A DNA stretch of 55,864 nt, filler included, from Dugesia japonica (lineage: Eukaryota), in the NCBI GenBank assembly GCA_001938525.1. It is 4 parts of 4 records of this genome, joined end to end, with 100 filler letters (N's around TTAATTAATTAA, not from the genome) between each part and the next. Parts side by side here need not be neighbours in the genome. Positions count along the whole stretch, not along the records: positions 32,558 to 45,559 come from MQRL01510923.1; positions 45,660 to 55,864 come from MQRL01615569.1; 2 more parts are not named here. One strand, written 5' to 3'. Positions 40,201 to 52,119 of this stretch are shown piece by piece; position 1 is the first letter of the stretch; each line of letters starts with the position of its first letter. The notes below the pieces were generated by a model. It saw nothing but the letters and a program-made list of their open reading frames with translations, did not search any database and had not been told where the DNA came from. A program made the position numbers and the translations under genes.

Positions 40201-40549
40201 CAGCCAANNNNNNNNNNNNNNNNNNNNNNNNNNNNNNNNNNNNNNNNNNNNNNNNNNNNNNNNNNNNNNNNNNNNNNNNNNNNNNNNNNNNNNNNNNNNN
40301 NNNNNNNNNNNNNNNTATCAACAAAATTCTCATAAAAAACTATCTTAATTGACCGAAATTAACCAGATTCGAACTCAGAACAAATTTTATCCTAATTCAA
40401 CCAAATTCGACCTATCCGAGAAAACATTCGACCGAATAGACCAAAAGCGATGAAAAAATTTTGCTCAATGTATAAAAATCGTAACTCATTTACGTAATTA
40501 TTACCGAAATTTCACAAAACAGTTTTTCCCAACTAAATACACAGGAAAA

Positions 40550-40735
40550 TTATAACTTACTTGCGTAATAATATCGCCGACGAAGTTAATCTATTACATA
40601 ATATGTGTGCAAAATTGTCGCTGCTTAAATATTTGAAAAATTCTGAGCTACGTAAGTAGTTCACTTACATGATAATGTTTTATGTCGGTGGGGAGAGGTG
40701 AGCCAGCACGTTGCTATCTACCTACTACCAATCAA
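40550..40735 (+). mobile_element. Helitron-like 3' end, homologous to 950-1080
   Basis: Shared CTTACTTGCGTAATAATATCGCCGACGAA, TCACTTACATGATAAT, GTCGGTGGGG and CTACCTACTACCAAT blocks. Confidence 0.4.
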
Positions 40736-41604
40736 TGAAAATCTTACAATAACAATAAACCAATGGAAAATATGAGGACGCATAAAATTATCGCTATAAA
40801 ACCGCAGCGATTTTTAATCAAAATAATCCTTAATTTTGGTTATAAATTATATTAAATCTTTGTTCATCTTGTAGCATTATTCACTGAAAACTTGTCAGTG
40901 ACAGATATGAACTTAGATTTTGTAAACTAAATTGTGCGTTATTCAATATTTATTTGAATACAATATTTTAAAGTTTTAATTTTGTTATATCATTTTATAT
41001 CGGAGTAGGGTTTAATTCTGTTTTATGTTATAATGAGTATGGGCAACCCCAAATAATTCGGTAAAATTAAGACAAGCTATAAATTAAATGAATAAACAGT
41101 TTAACAAACACTGAAACGAAACACTGCATTTAAAATTCTGTGAATAACTAACTGTACACGATACTGTCATAATACAGATTTTGTAATAAAATTTTGTCCG
41201 CGAAGTGATGTTGAAATAATAGGTTTTAATCATAAATAATTTTTCTTTTTCTCGGCTAAATCTGTAGGAAGAATGACTGAGGAGAACATTTTATCGTACT
41301 TTATAAACATTCAAATATAAATTATGAGATATAACTAAGAATTGTATAGTATTTCTTTATTGACCTCTGAAAGAGTAACTTGACATATGTATTTGATATA
41401 GGCGAATACTTGAATTAAACATTTTACTTCACTATAAAGTCATTTCTTTTACCTACAGATGTTTGCCAGGGTATATATTTCTCTAATTCGGCCCACAATT
41501 TCTTCTACAGAAAATAATTAAAATTAATATTTAGATATCGTTTGATTTATTTTGCAAAANTATTTTTTTCTCAATTTTATTTAAGTATGAAATTAAATTC
41601 TATA

Positions 41605-41657
41605 AAACGATCAATGGTTAAGTCCAACAATTATTCTCGCAATAATTGCAATTGTAA
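41605..41657 (+). repeat. Family B 3' terminal piece
   Basis: CGATCAATGGTTAAGTCCAACAATTATTCTCGCAATAATTGCAATTGTAA. Confidence 0.75.
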
Positions 41658-42062
41658 AATGAAATTAAATATCAAATATTCTTATATTCATTCCAGTTTT
41701 ACTTATTCTGTTCTGTTTTGTATGTACAACTAGGATTAAAATAAAATTCATTAAAATTTTAAATCTAAGGGTCTATTCCTATCCACATTTATTATTATTT
41801 TTAAGCTTTTAGATAAGTATAAAGATAAATTTATACGTACGCATGTTGTGCCAGGTCTAACGCATCGTATGGTAATATAAAAGTGGAAAATTGTGAACTA
41901 TGTCCCACAACCTAATTTCCAGAAAGTTTTGACAACCCAGCTTTATTTATAAGTAATTAATCTCTTAGTTTCTCAAAACTGTTTAGTAAAATCAATTGAT
42001 GATTATAAAACTTGTTTTTTCGTAATAACTGAGGAATAACTTTACAATTTATTTCTTCTATA

Positions 42063-42286
42063 ATTACAATTATTGCGAGAATAATTGTTGGACTTAACCG
42101 TTGATCGGATTTGAGATTTCATTAAAAGGAAGAAAAAACTTCGATTAAAATAAAATGTATTTTTTTAGAAATTCATATTTTCGACACCTGTCTTCTTCAG
42201 GAATAAAAAGACAAGTGTCGAAAATTTGAATTTCTACGAAAATACATTTTATTTTGATCGAAGCTTTATCTTTATTTTAATGAAAT
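42063..42286 (-). mobile_element. Family B pLTR-derived short element with fold-back
   Basis: Complete 3' piece plus hammerhead on the minus strand; 42116-42194 is mirrored by 42208-42286. Confidence 0.75.
42171..42204 (-). ncRNA. Minimal type-I hammerhead motif (family B)
   Basis: AUUC CUGAAGA A GAC AGGU GUC GAAA AUAU GAAU: intact CUGANGA and GAAA, helix I AUUC/GAAU, helix II GAC/GUC; the triplet before helix I is not NUH in this copy. Confidence 0.7.
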
Positions 42287-42752
42287 TTATTTATTAACTT
42301 ATGGATTAATTTCATTAATTAATTTTTTAAAATAATTAATTAACTAAATTTTCCACGAATTTGTCGTGCTTTAAAAATTTCTCTAAATCGTATTTTTCAA
42401 AAAAATATTTTCAATTTTAATTTTATTGAATTCACAACTATTCGGTTTGTCTTATAACGATTTTAGAAGCTTTTTAATCATCTGTTTTCATTCAGACGTT
42501 TTTACATATTCTTTTTTCTAGTAATTTTCCATTTGTCTTTTTTAAATTTTTTATCTAGCCCTTATAATCTTTGCACATTTCTTAGGATAAATAAATCAAT
42601 TTAATTTGAAAATCTGACCATGCACACCATAAACAAAACAAATGTATAAAATTATAAAATTATAATTTAGTAGAATTTTTAATTATATTCTTCTTTTATT
42701 TTTTTCATTATTTCATTTATAAATTTTATAAATTTTGTTTATTCCACTATAG

Positions 42753-43077
42753 GATTTCAAAGGATTTAAATGGAACGAAAAATTTAAATATGGAAACCAT
42801 CAAATCAATTGACGACATTTATATTTATGCCGATAAAATTGATGAAGATTACAAAGGATTTACTACTGATATTGATCCAGTTTATCGTAGTTTGCCATTA
42901 GCATTACTATCGAATAAACTATCGGAAGAACAATTAATTCGATGCATTAGAACTGAATGCCAAATTACTCATAAATCTGAAATTGCACAGTCAGCTTGCA
43001 TTTCTATCGTTTTACTTTTATCATTATTAATAAAAGGTCAAGATTTTGAAAAAAGCGCTAGAGAAGTAGCAAGAAAA
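42753..43077 (+). CDS. Internal exon of an ADP-ribosylglycohydrolase (ARH/DraG family)-like gene
   Basis: TATAG acceptor and GTAAAT donor, open frame; YRSLPLALL..EEQLIRCIRTECQITHKSEIAQSACISIVLLLSLLIKG resembles the MRxxP..A.xTH helical repeat of the family; other exons not securely found. Confidence 0.55.
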
Positions 43078-45309
43078 GTAAATTAGACTTTTAATTTATT
43101 AATATGATAATTTTTTTATTTTAAAAATATATTTAAATTTTGGAATTATATGATTAATAGATATAAAATTAAAATTACGAAAGTTTTCATCCGAGACAAA
43201 AAGTTATTTTTAATGAATTATATTTATTTTTATTACGCGATTGTCGTACGAGTAATCAATTTATTATTAAAGTTTTGTTCCGATTTTAGTTCATTTTAAA
43301 TATTTGTTTATATAAATTCGACATATTCATTATTTTTAGTGATACTATTTTTAACAGTTGTCTTGAGTTTTTGAACTTATATAACTAAAATTTTAATTCA
43401 TGTTAGAGATTATTTGTATGGTTTATTCATTTGCAATTTTAATATTTGAATTTAAATTTTTAAAAATTTTTTCATTGTTTATTTTTTGGGTGCGTTTTAA
43501 TTTCATAAATATAATTAATTGTATGTTGGGACAGAACCCAACTAATAAAAATCAAATAATAAATATTCAGAATCCGGAACTAATATAAAATAAAAATAAA
43601 AAACTGAAATTAAAAGATGATAAAATAACTATATTTTCCCAAGAAACGTGAGAAATTCAAGAAAAACATAGCACAGTCCGAAGTATTTATCCAAATATTA
43701 CCCAAAAATCAATAATTATGCAGGGAAAATATACAAATTTAGCAATTACAAATAATTAAATAACAAATAATAAGGATTTTGTCAATTAATCTATCACTCA
43801 TGAACCTTTTTTCGTGTTACAAGGGTTTATAAGGAGCTAACAAATGAAGAAAAAATGACTTTAACAACTATTATTGGCCTGAAAAAAAGAAAACATTGGT
43901 AAAATATTACAGCAACGATTTCTCTCAAATAATTGCAAACTATCTTTTATTCACTATAAGGAAATAATTAAAGATCTACCTAACATTAACCATCACAGTT
44001 ATGCATGCAAGAAATAATTGTCAGAGAATTATTTCAGAAATAATTGATCAACAATTATCGGTCTAAATTACTCTTTAGTCCCAGAAGATATTCATCAATT
44101 TAGAACATATTACTTACCAACAATTATTGGTTAAATTCTAATTACTTTCGAGTTCTAGAAGAAATTTGTCATTTCGAAGTATCTAATCTATCAACTAGTA
44201 TCAGTTTTAGTTTTAATAGTTCTCGAGTTCAAGAAGAAACTCTTTGCATCAGAACAAAATCGACCAGCAATTAACAATCAAAACTTGCCATTCTGAACTT
44301 TAATTACTCTCAACTACGAACACAAAACAATTACATTCAGACAATTTACTCCGCGAAGTTCAGAGATAATCGATCCACAGCCATAATATATAAACGCTAA
44401 CATTTACTAGCAAATTATTGAATTTCGCTAATAAAGTTAAAAAATCAGACACAGCAAATCAATTACTCAAAGTTTTTATCAATCCAAGTGGTCAAGTCCA
44501 TCCTAAAATTTATTTTCCCATCCTTTGTGAATTCTGTCAATTATGAGAAGCCGTGTTCAATCCATAAGTGTATGCGTTTATCAATTTATATTATTATTTT
44601 TAATATATAATAAAAATATCGACACAGTATTAGTTAAATTCAAAACCTCACAACTCTCCAAAAGTTTTTATTTATTATTTCAAGTATTTTATTAAAGTGA
44701 AAAAAAGATGAAGATTAATTCAAAGTATTCAAACAAATAATCTGAAAAATTTTAATCAAATATTTTAAAAAACATCGATTTTAGTTTTATGAAATATTTT
44801 ATTTTACATAAATCTTTAATTGCTTTCCAACATAATTTCACAAAATAATCTTTTTACTTTTATAATTTCGCCTAATATAATTATAGAAATTATTTAAATA
44901 ATTTGTATTTTAAAAAGTTTGTATATTAAAAACTTGTTTTACTTTTTTAATTTTAATATATGAATGTTTCAAAANATAAATTTTAATATAATAAATATAA
45001 AATTAAGAAAATCTCTCAGATATTCAAAATCTATGTATCAATCTTACATACAGAATTATATTCATTTTGATTATTATTGAGAATTATCATGACTATTCAT
45101 TCGGTTATTACCAATACTATTGTTAGGTAAATCTTTAATTGTTAATTCATTTTGCAAATTAGAATTCATTTTGTTAGACATTTTTTATTTTACTACTACA
45201 AACTATACTTAATAAGAGAAATAATTATTGAATAGTATTTTAAAAATCTTTATCCAGAATTAACTGAATTCATATTGGCTCAAAATTATTTAATAATAAT
45301 TATTTCCTC

Positions 45310-45559
45310 AAATCCCCATTCTTAAGAAACTTTCTTAGTTTTCCACATTTCTTTCTAATCGCTGTCCATTTTCTCCTTGTACCACATACCGCCTTTCATG
45401 AATTTTCTCAATTATTTGATAGGGTCCTTCAAATCTGTCTTGGCTTTTATTTCTTGTTCCTACCTTGATGAGTACCATATCGCCGACTTTGAATTCTCTT
45501 TTAGTAATCACGTCTGAAGTGTTTTCTTTAGCTCTTTCTGAAACGTCTGACTTATACCA
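45310..45559 (-). mobile_element. Gypsy integrase C-terminus, polypurine tract and LTR start
   Basis: KREFKVGDMVLIK..RFEGPYQIIEKIHERRYVV; AAGAATGGGGA-TT-TG. Confidence 0.8.
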
Positions 45560-45659
45560 NNNNNNNNNNNNNNNNNNNNNNNNNNNNNNNNNNNNNNNNN
45601 NNNTTAATTAATTAANNNNNNNNNNNNNNNNNNNNNNNNNNNNNNNNNNNNNNNNNNNN
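45560..45659. other. Artificial assembly spacer (44N-TTAATTAATTAA-44N)
   Basis: Linker at 45604-45615. Confidence 0.95.
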
Positions 45660-46798
45660 ACAGTGGAGATCGAGAGTGATAATGAAGATCAATATAAATG
45701 CAAACAACATCAAAAAGCCTAGCAATCCAACAAATGTTTCAAAAACATTACGATGCTTAGATATACAAATGCGTCAGAATTGATGGTTTTTGCGAATACA
45801 ATTATAATGCACAATTTTTTTAACAAATCTGAATGTTAGGTTTGTGACTTAATTAAACTTGGATTCTTAATGAAATTTGACTTTTTCTAGATTCTTAGAT
45901 TTGATTGATTGTGGATGAATCGAAGTAAATGTTTGAAACATTTGCAGTTGTCGTTTTGGTTGTTTTAATGAAACTTCATTAATTATTATTCGATTACATT
46001 TTAGTTATTTTGGTATATTAATTAATCGATTATTCTTACGATCGACTTAACTTTTTGATCGATTAATAAAGTTTTTATTAATAATCTCTTTTTTAATGAA
46101 AATTAGATTTTTAAGTGTACATATATTTGTTTAGATGAATTCGGGATTTTAGCGAACCCAAATNAACAGTTGCATGAGTTTAATTAAATATCAAATAATC
46201 GAATTAATTGTATATAACACTTATATCTTTTCTATAATACCTTAAATATTATTATTATACATAATAGATATTATTATAATTAAACTATATAGTCGACCTT
46301 ATATCAATTAAAAAGAATTTTACTTTTAAAAATTATAATTGTAATACAATATTTCTTTACAAATGCGTTAAGATTTTTACCACTGAGGGTTGATCTAAGT
46401 AGAATTTGACTCTATTCGTGATTTGAAAAAAATTGTAGTAAACTAAAATCTGTCTACGTATTTATACCAACAGGTCACTCGGTCATTACATGCAAATTAA
46501 AAATAAATCAAATATTTATAAAACTTTTACATGTAGATTAAAAATAAGGGCGGATATTTACAAAAGATTTATAAATTATATAATAATTTATTAGAATATT
46601 ACCTTTTATTAATAAAATCCGACAAAANNNNNNNNNNNNNNNNNNNNNNNNNNNNNNNNNNNNNNNNNNNNNNNNNNNNNNNNNNNNNNNNNNNNNNNNN
46701 NNNNNNNNNNNNNNNNNNNNNNNNNNNNNNNNNNNNNNNNNNNNNNNNNNNNNNNNNNNTTGATCAAAATTTAGGTTTTAATTATTGATATTGGATAA

Positions 46799-46835
46799 CA
46801 ATTCGATATTTCGACCTTGTCTTCGTCAGAATTTT
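46799..46835 (-). ncRNA. Minimal type-I hammerhead motif (family B variant)
   Basis: AAUU CUGACGA A GAC AAG GUC GAAA UAUC GAAUUG; AUC triplet, predicted cut between 46805 and 46804. Confidence 0.7.
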
Positions 46836-46854
46836 ACTTTTTTTTAAAAAAAGT

Positions 46855-46891
46855 CAATTCCTGACGAAGACAAGGTCGAAATAAAGAATTG
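46855..46891 (+). ncRNA. Minimal type-I hammerhead motif (family B variant)
   Basis: CAAUUC CUGACGA A GAC AAG GUC GAAA UAAA GAAUUG; perfect 6-bp helix I; cleavage triplet mutated. Confidence 0.7.
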
Positions 46892-48124
46892 TTATCCAAT
46901 ATCAATAATTAAAACCTAAATTTTGATCAAAGCTTTATATTAAATAATATTCGTAATTTCATTATTCGATCAATAATTATTAATAAAGTCCGATAAAGGT
47001 GATTTGTAAACAGGATTTACAATTTATTATTAAAATTAAAACTGTCTTTACATTAAAAATAGAATATTAATTACATAATTACTAAAGGTAAAATAATAAA
47101 ATTGTTACATAAAATTGTCACAAGGACTGCAATCGAAACTGCTAAAATTAAAAATAAAATTGATTATTCAGCAATATACAATTGTCACAATTAAGATATA
47201 ATTAAAGTTACTCATGAATGCAGAAACTGATCATAGAAATTGAATTTGAATTGAGGGACCCGAATTGAGGTTTGGCTGACTGAGGAGTACATTTGAATGT
47301 TTGTATTGTGGTTTTTTGTGCATGTTTGTGTATTGTGTATTTGTGTGTTTCCCAACATATTTGTTAATGGCTTTCAGAAATACCTTAATGAATCTATTTA
47401 CTTTGCAATATTTGTTAGTGTTAGGCTTGTCAACTCTCCCGGAACTGGATTTCATCTCCTGTCTCGGCGTTATCACTGACTCGGTAGATATAATCCTCTC
47501 GTAATTCCGTTTTTACAAGATTTTTTGTGTATATCTTTTTGGTATTAGTCATCATATCGTTAAAATCACACACATCACCATCATGTGTAAGTTGTAATAG
47601 TGTCAACAAAAAAATGAAAACTACTTTTTATATTTGTTAAGCGTTATAAATTATAATGGTTGCAATATTATGACCTTCTGGATTCGAGGTTGTAGGTATT
47701 GGTAACCCTAGTTAATGTTTTTCCATTCATTATTAACATTTTTTTTATTTTTCTTGTAATAATTTTCCAAATTCGAAACGATTTATTCAGAAGAACCAGT
47801 TCTAATAAAGTATATATCAGGAAAACTTTATTTTTTTAATTTGCCTGGAAATTTGATAAAATATAATTGTTTTCAAAAATAACCTTTATTTATTTATGTT
47901 AACTTCTATTTGGAGTAATAATGTTTGCATTTGCTATTTGTTTAACTTGTGCTTCATTCTTTTTTATTTAAAATTTAAATTAAAATTAAAGTTTTTAAAT
48001 GAATTAATATTTTAAATAATTTATTTTCAAGTATACTATATATTACGCGCAGAATAATTTTTTAAAACTATTTACAATCATATTAAATAATGACATACAG
48101 TTTATAATAATTATCTAACTTTAG

Positions 48125-48708
48125 ATGATTAGATCATTACTTAACCATAGTCAAAATGTATTTAAATTTGGTTTTTCGAAGAGATTTTGTACCATACTTC
48201 CTGCTGCTAACAGTAATGATGGTTCAAAAGTATATCCTCCTCATATAGAAGATATTGTAAACAAAATATCTAGTTTAACTTTACTAGAAGTAGCCGATTT
48301 AAATTCATTATTAAAATTACGGTTAAATATTCAAGTAATCTAGTAATGTTCTGGAAAATAACTGAGTTTTAGGGTACTCACATGATGATGGGAATGGCAC
48401 CTGCGCAACAAACAGCACCGGAACCAGAACCAGAAGTAGTTCAAAAAACTTGGTTTAATGTCAAACTAGTTAGTTTTGATGCAACTAAGAAAGTACCTTT
48501 AATAAAAGAAATTAAATCAATTTTTCCTGAATTGAATTTGGTTCAAGCCAAAAAATTTGTCGAAGTATTCAGTTTAAAGAGATAATAATTCGNATTTTAT
48601 TTATTTTAGAGTGCTCCTACAATTATTAAAAAAGAAGTATCTAAAGAAGAAGCTGAAAATATTAAATCATTGTGTGAAAATGTTGGTGGTGTTATAGATA
48701 TAGAATAA
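48125..48708 (+). CDS. MRPL12: Mitochondrial ribosomal protein L12 (bL12m), 166 aa; exons 48125-48334, 48373-48564, 48610-48708
   Basis: Basic N-terminal presequence; YPPHIEDIVNKISSLTLLEVADLNSLLK; FNVKLVSFDATKKVPLIKEIK..LNLVQAKKFVE|SAPTIIKKEVSKEEAE; two phase-0 GT-AG introns (38 and 45 nt); TAA overlaps AATAAA. Confidence 0.97.
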
Positions 48709-48959
48709 ATTAATAAATCGTCTTTTTTAAATGATTCAATTCAATCTGGTTTTTTCCTGTTTAATTTAATGTTACTCAATTATAATAAACAAATCAAAGT
48801 TTTGCACATTTTTAAACCTACTTTGACTCAATTTTATTGATTGCCATCTGATCATTCGAAAGATTTCACGAATTACTCATTTTCTTTAACATTATTTCTA
48901 TGGCAATCCTACTAAACATTTTGAAAATAGGATTTTTAAATTTCAAATAAGAATTTAAG

Positions 48960-49480
48960 TTAATCTTTCTCTCACCGAACATAGCCGACCCGAACGTGTT
49001 AATTCATGTCGTGTTTCTAATTTGCTCCCTTTTTTAACATGACTGTTTTACATTCGCTAATGACTACTTATGAGAAAAAATGTGAAAGAAGTTATGTTAC
49101 GCTTTTAATGTAGTAAAATCGAAGTTTTGTTCACAGCGAGGAAGAAATCTCAAAACGTATTGATTAGTAAAAGGGTTAAGGGGATATCCATTAATCATTT
49201 CGAAATCGGAGTAGAGTTTTCGAGAAGTTTGACCAGAAGAGGAAGATGTCCGAGATAATTTGGGGTCAACAAATTAGTTAAAATATTGCTAATTTGTTGG
49301 AGGGGTAAATATTTGCTGGAATATTTTTATTAGGTGGGTCACTAAAAATTGTTCAGTTGTTGAAAAGGGTTAATAAGTATCTGAAAATTGTTGACATAAT
49401 TAATGGACAGTCTCCAATAATTGAATAAGTTATTTTTTTCGTTTAAATAATTCTTGAATTAAACAAAACATCGTACCAAT
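48960..49480 (-). mobile_element. Possible Gypsy integrase C-terminal relic
   Basis: Minus-strand TRSGR..VRERL motif preceded by a highly degenerate GPY-like region. Confidence 0.3.
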
Positions 49481-50440
49481 AAAGAGCACNNNNNNNNTTA
49501 ATCGATATTTTAGATATGTTAGAAGATTTGGAATTGTCTATAAAATCAGGATATGAGGAAATCAATAAATCAATTGGAATAAACGAAAATCCGGTGAAAC
49601 TAGTTCATATATTCAAACTTGAATTAATAAAATAACACCGAAACCATCATCTTGCTACAGAATGATTCAATATCCCCACGGGATTAAAGTTTTCTACTGA
49701 ATTGTCTACCTAACTCAATTACGGTCGAAAAAAGTTTTCTATGTTAAAAAAAGACAGCAAATGACAGAAATTTTATCAAGTATTTTAATGTTACACCGAA
49801 TAAAAAGAACAGTTAAAATAATAATGAGGATTTGTGTAATTGTATAATCGACTAATTGGTGTCCAAATAATAACTAAAATTAAATTTTGTCTTGAACTTT
49901 TTCAACTTTTATACAAAAATAATTGCAATTTTTGGATTGCCCTGATTATTACTTAACGAAAATTATTTAAACCATTTGTTCATTTTTGTTTTAGTAGTAA
50001 AACGTACCGCGTTTTCCGAAAATAAGTCATTAAAAACAGTTTGAATAAATTAACTCTTAAATAGATGAAATTTTTCTTTTATTCTTAAAAAATCAATGGA
50101 GGATTTGTGGGCGTCACCTAGTTTTACCAAAAGATCATATATATGCAATTTATTGGTGGAATACTGAAAATATACATTGCATTTCTTATAAGGTTTAGTT
50201 TAGTTAACTCTCATTAGAAGTGTTGATATAATTTTTTAAAACCGAGTGGCGTTATGCTACTCAATGCTTTTAAGAGTTAAAATTATAAAGTTAAAGTTTA
50301 AAAAATCCAAATCTTAAAAGAAATTTTCAATTGATTATAAAATTAAATCAATTTTCAATACAGGAGACACAGCTTACAATGATCACTTCGGGGAAAATAG
50401 TATTGATTATATTAAGCGGCTTATTATTAATACTCTGCAT

Positions 50441-51369
50441 CAGTAGCGTAGGAAGGATGAGGCGATAGGGCGGTCTGCCACGGGCAGCTCTTTTGCTTCT
50501 ATTAATCAAAGAAGCGATATGAATTACTCAGATCAATTTTATTCTGATACTGGTTTCGTAATTATTTAAAAAATATTCTTCTCTAGTGTTTTTTAAACAA
50601 TAAAAAATACACCAAATTAAATAAATTTTCCCGAAGTTCTGTGAATGTTGTTTCAGCAATAACTGTGAAGAAGTGACTCATAAGTCATAGTTAAAAAAAC
50701 TATGTTGGTGTATCAGGCATTGATTTCGGAAACTGTTTGTTTACATTATCACTGTAATTACATTATTTTTTATTGTGTTGTTCCCAATTTTAATTATATT
50801 CTCAATGCAAGAAAATATTGTAAGTACGTACTATTTTATATTTTAGTGTATTATGTATAACCAATAGTTTTACTTTAAAAATTCAATTTTTGTAAATGCA
50901 GAAAAATTCTAGTTATTTGTATTATGTGAAATTTGTCTATTAAAAGAAATTTTAAAAAAACGTATCATATTATTAATGTTAGATGAACCGAACAAAAATA
51001 TATTAATCATATTAAATAAATAAACACGATCGAAAATAAATTGTTACTTTTTAAAAGTATAATTGTTAAACTTTTATTTATTATTTAATGAGTAAATCAG
51101 AAAAAATATTAGGGAGTTTAGCATATCCTAAAAAAGTTATTGAGATTGTATTATCTCTTCACCAAAGTAAAGGTTATATTGTTATATTTTTGGTTTTAAC
51201 CAATTTCTATATAAAAAGCAAAAAACCCTTTGGTATTTTTTGGTTGATTAAAAAGGAAAAAAAATTACATATTTTTCATTTTTCGTACTTAAAAATATAA
51301 TATATTTGATTGAGAAGGGCGGAAATTTTAGGGACCACCCGGGCGGCGTATACCATATCTACGCCACCA
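50441..51369. mobile_element. hAT-type non-autonomous element, ~930 bp
   Basis: Ends CAGTAGCGTAG / CTACGCCACCA with GC-rich GGGCGG subterminal motifs; 8-bp flanks CTCTGCAT / CCCAGTAT match at 5 of 8. Confidence 0.55.
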
Positions 51370-52119
51370 CCCAGTATTTAATACAATTATACGTTTGTAT
51401 CCCAAAGTCGGAAAAAATTATCATATTAATTGAATACTCGAAAGAAACATGAATTAATTTTATTTTTTTTGCGATTCTAAAAGGCAGAATAATTTTATTG
51501 ATGGCGAGGATAAAGTTTTCCTTCGATAAATATATCTTATTTTTTCGTTTTTATATTTTAATCATATTAAATTGTGGTCATTTATAAATTGCATCTGTAA
51601 AACAATTTTTTCCAAATAACTTGTAAACAAAGAATGAGAAGTATCAACTTCTTATTTATGCCTTTTTCGAATTGTATCCAGGTACCTTCAATTGCTTGGG
51701 TATGAGCAAATAAATCAGGATCAACAAAACGACTTAATTAAATAACCTCTTTCGTACTTAAACTCTTTCTTTGAAACCATGTAACAAGTTGAAATTCTTT
51801 CTTATAATTCTTTTGAAAATCTTTGAATTTCCTGTACACTTTATTTGGATTTTCATTTCACCGCTACATATAAAAATACGTTTTTTAAAAATCAATTAAA
51901 ATTTTTTAATCCAGAAAATGCATAAACACTTCTATCTGAAATAAGATTTTTAGAATAATTCATTAGACATTATCTTAAATTATTTTAAGTTATTTATCTT
52001 AAATTAAGTATTTTAACCAACGGGGACCTAAAGTGTAAATATACCAACTTCAGCTATAATAAGTCCAGCAGAAATTAGAATTTATTTTTAAATTTATATC
52101 AATAAATAAAATTTTATAA

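Larger units (their letters stand above)
46760..46930. repeat. 171-bp near-perfect palindrome of family B pLTR sequence with divergent hammerheads
   Basis: TTGATCAAAATTTAGGTTTTAATTATTGATATTGGATAACAATTC.. is mirrored to ..AAAACCTAAATTTTGATCAA. Confidence 0.9.

Noticed and set aside
41813-41952. Two mini-exons giving ..RTHVVPG..KVLTTQLYL, reminiscent of intradiol dioxygenases
   Set aside because: Lacks the RxxHxH iron-binding motif and ends in a stop; likely coincidence
43500-44520. Decayed coding-like region (similar cases at 47230-47730, 53950-54900 and 55260-55700)
   Set aside because: Probably transposon relics, but no diagnostic motif is recognisable
46760-46930. Integrated viroid-like or ambisense replicating RNA
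   Set aside because: The two ribozymes are near-identical mirror copies of a Penelope pLTR sequence; a DNA-level inversion explains this more simply
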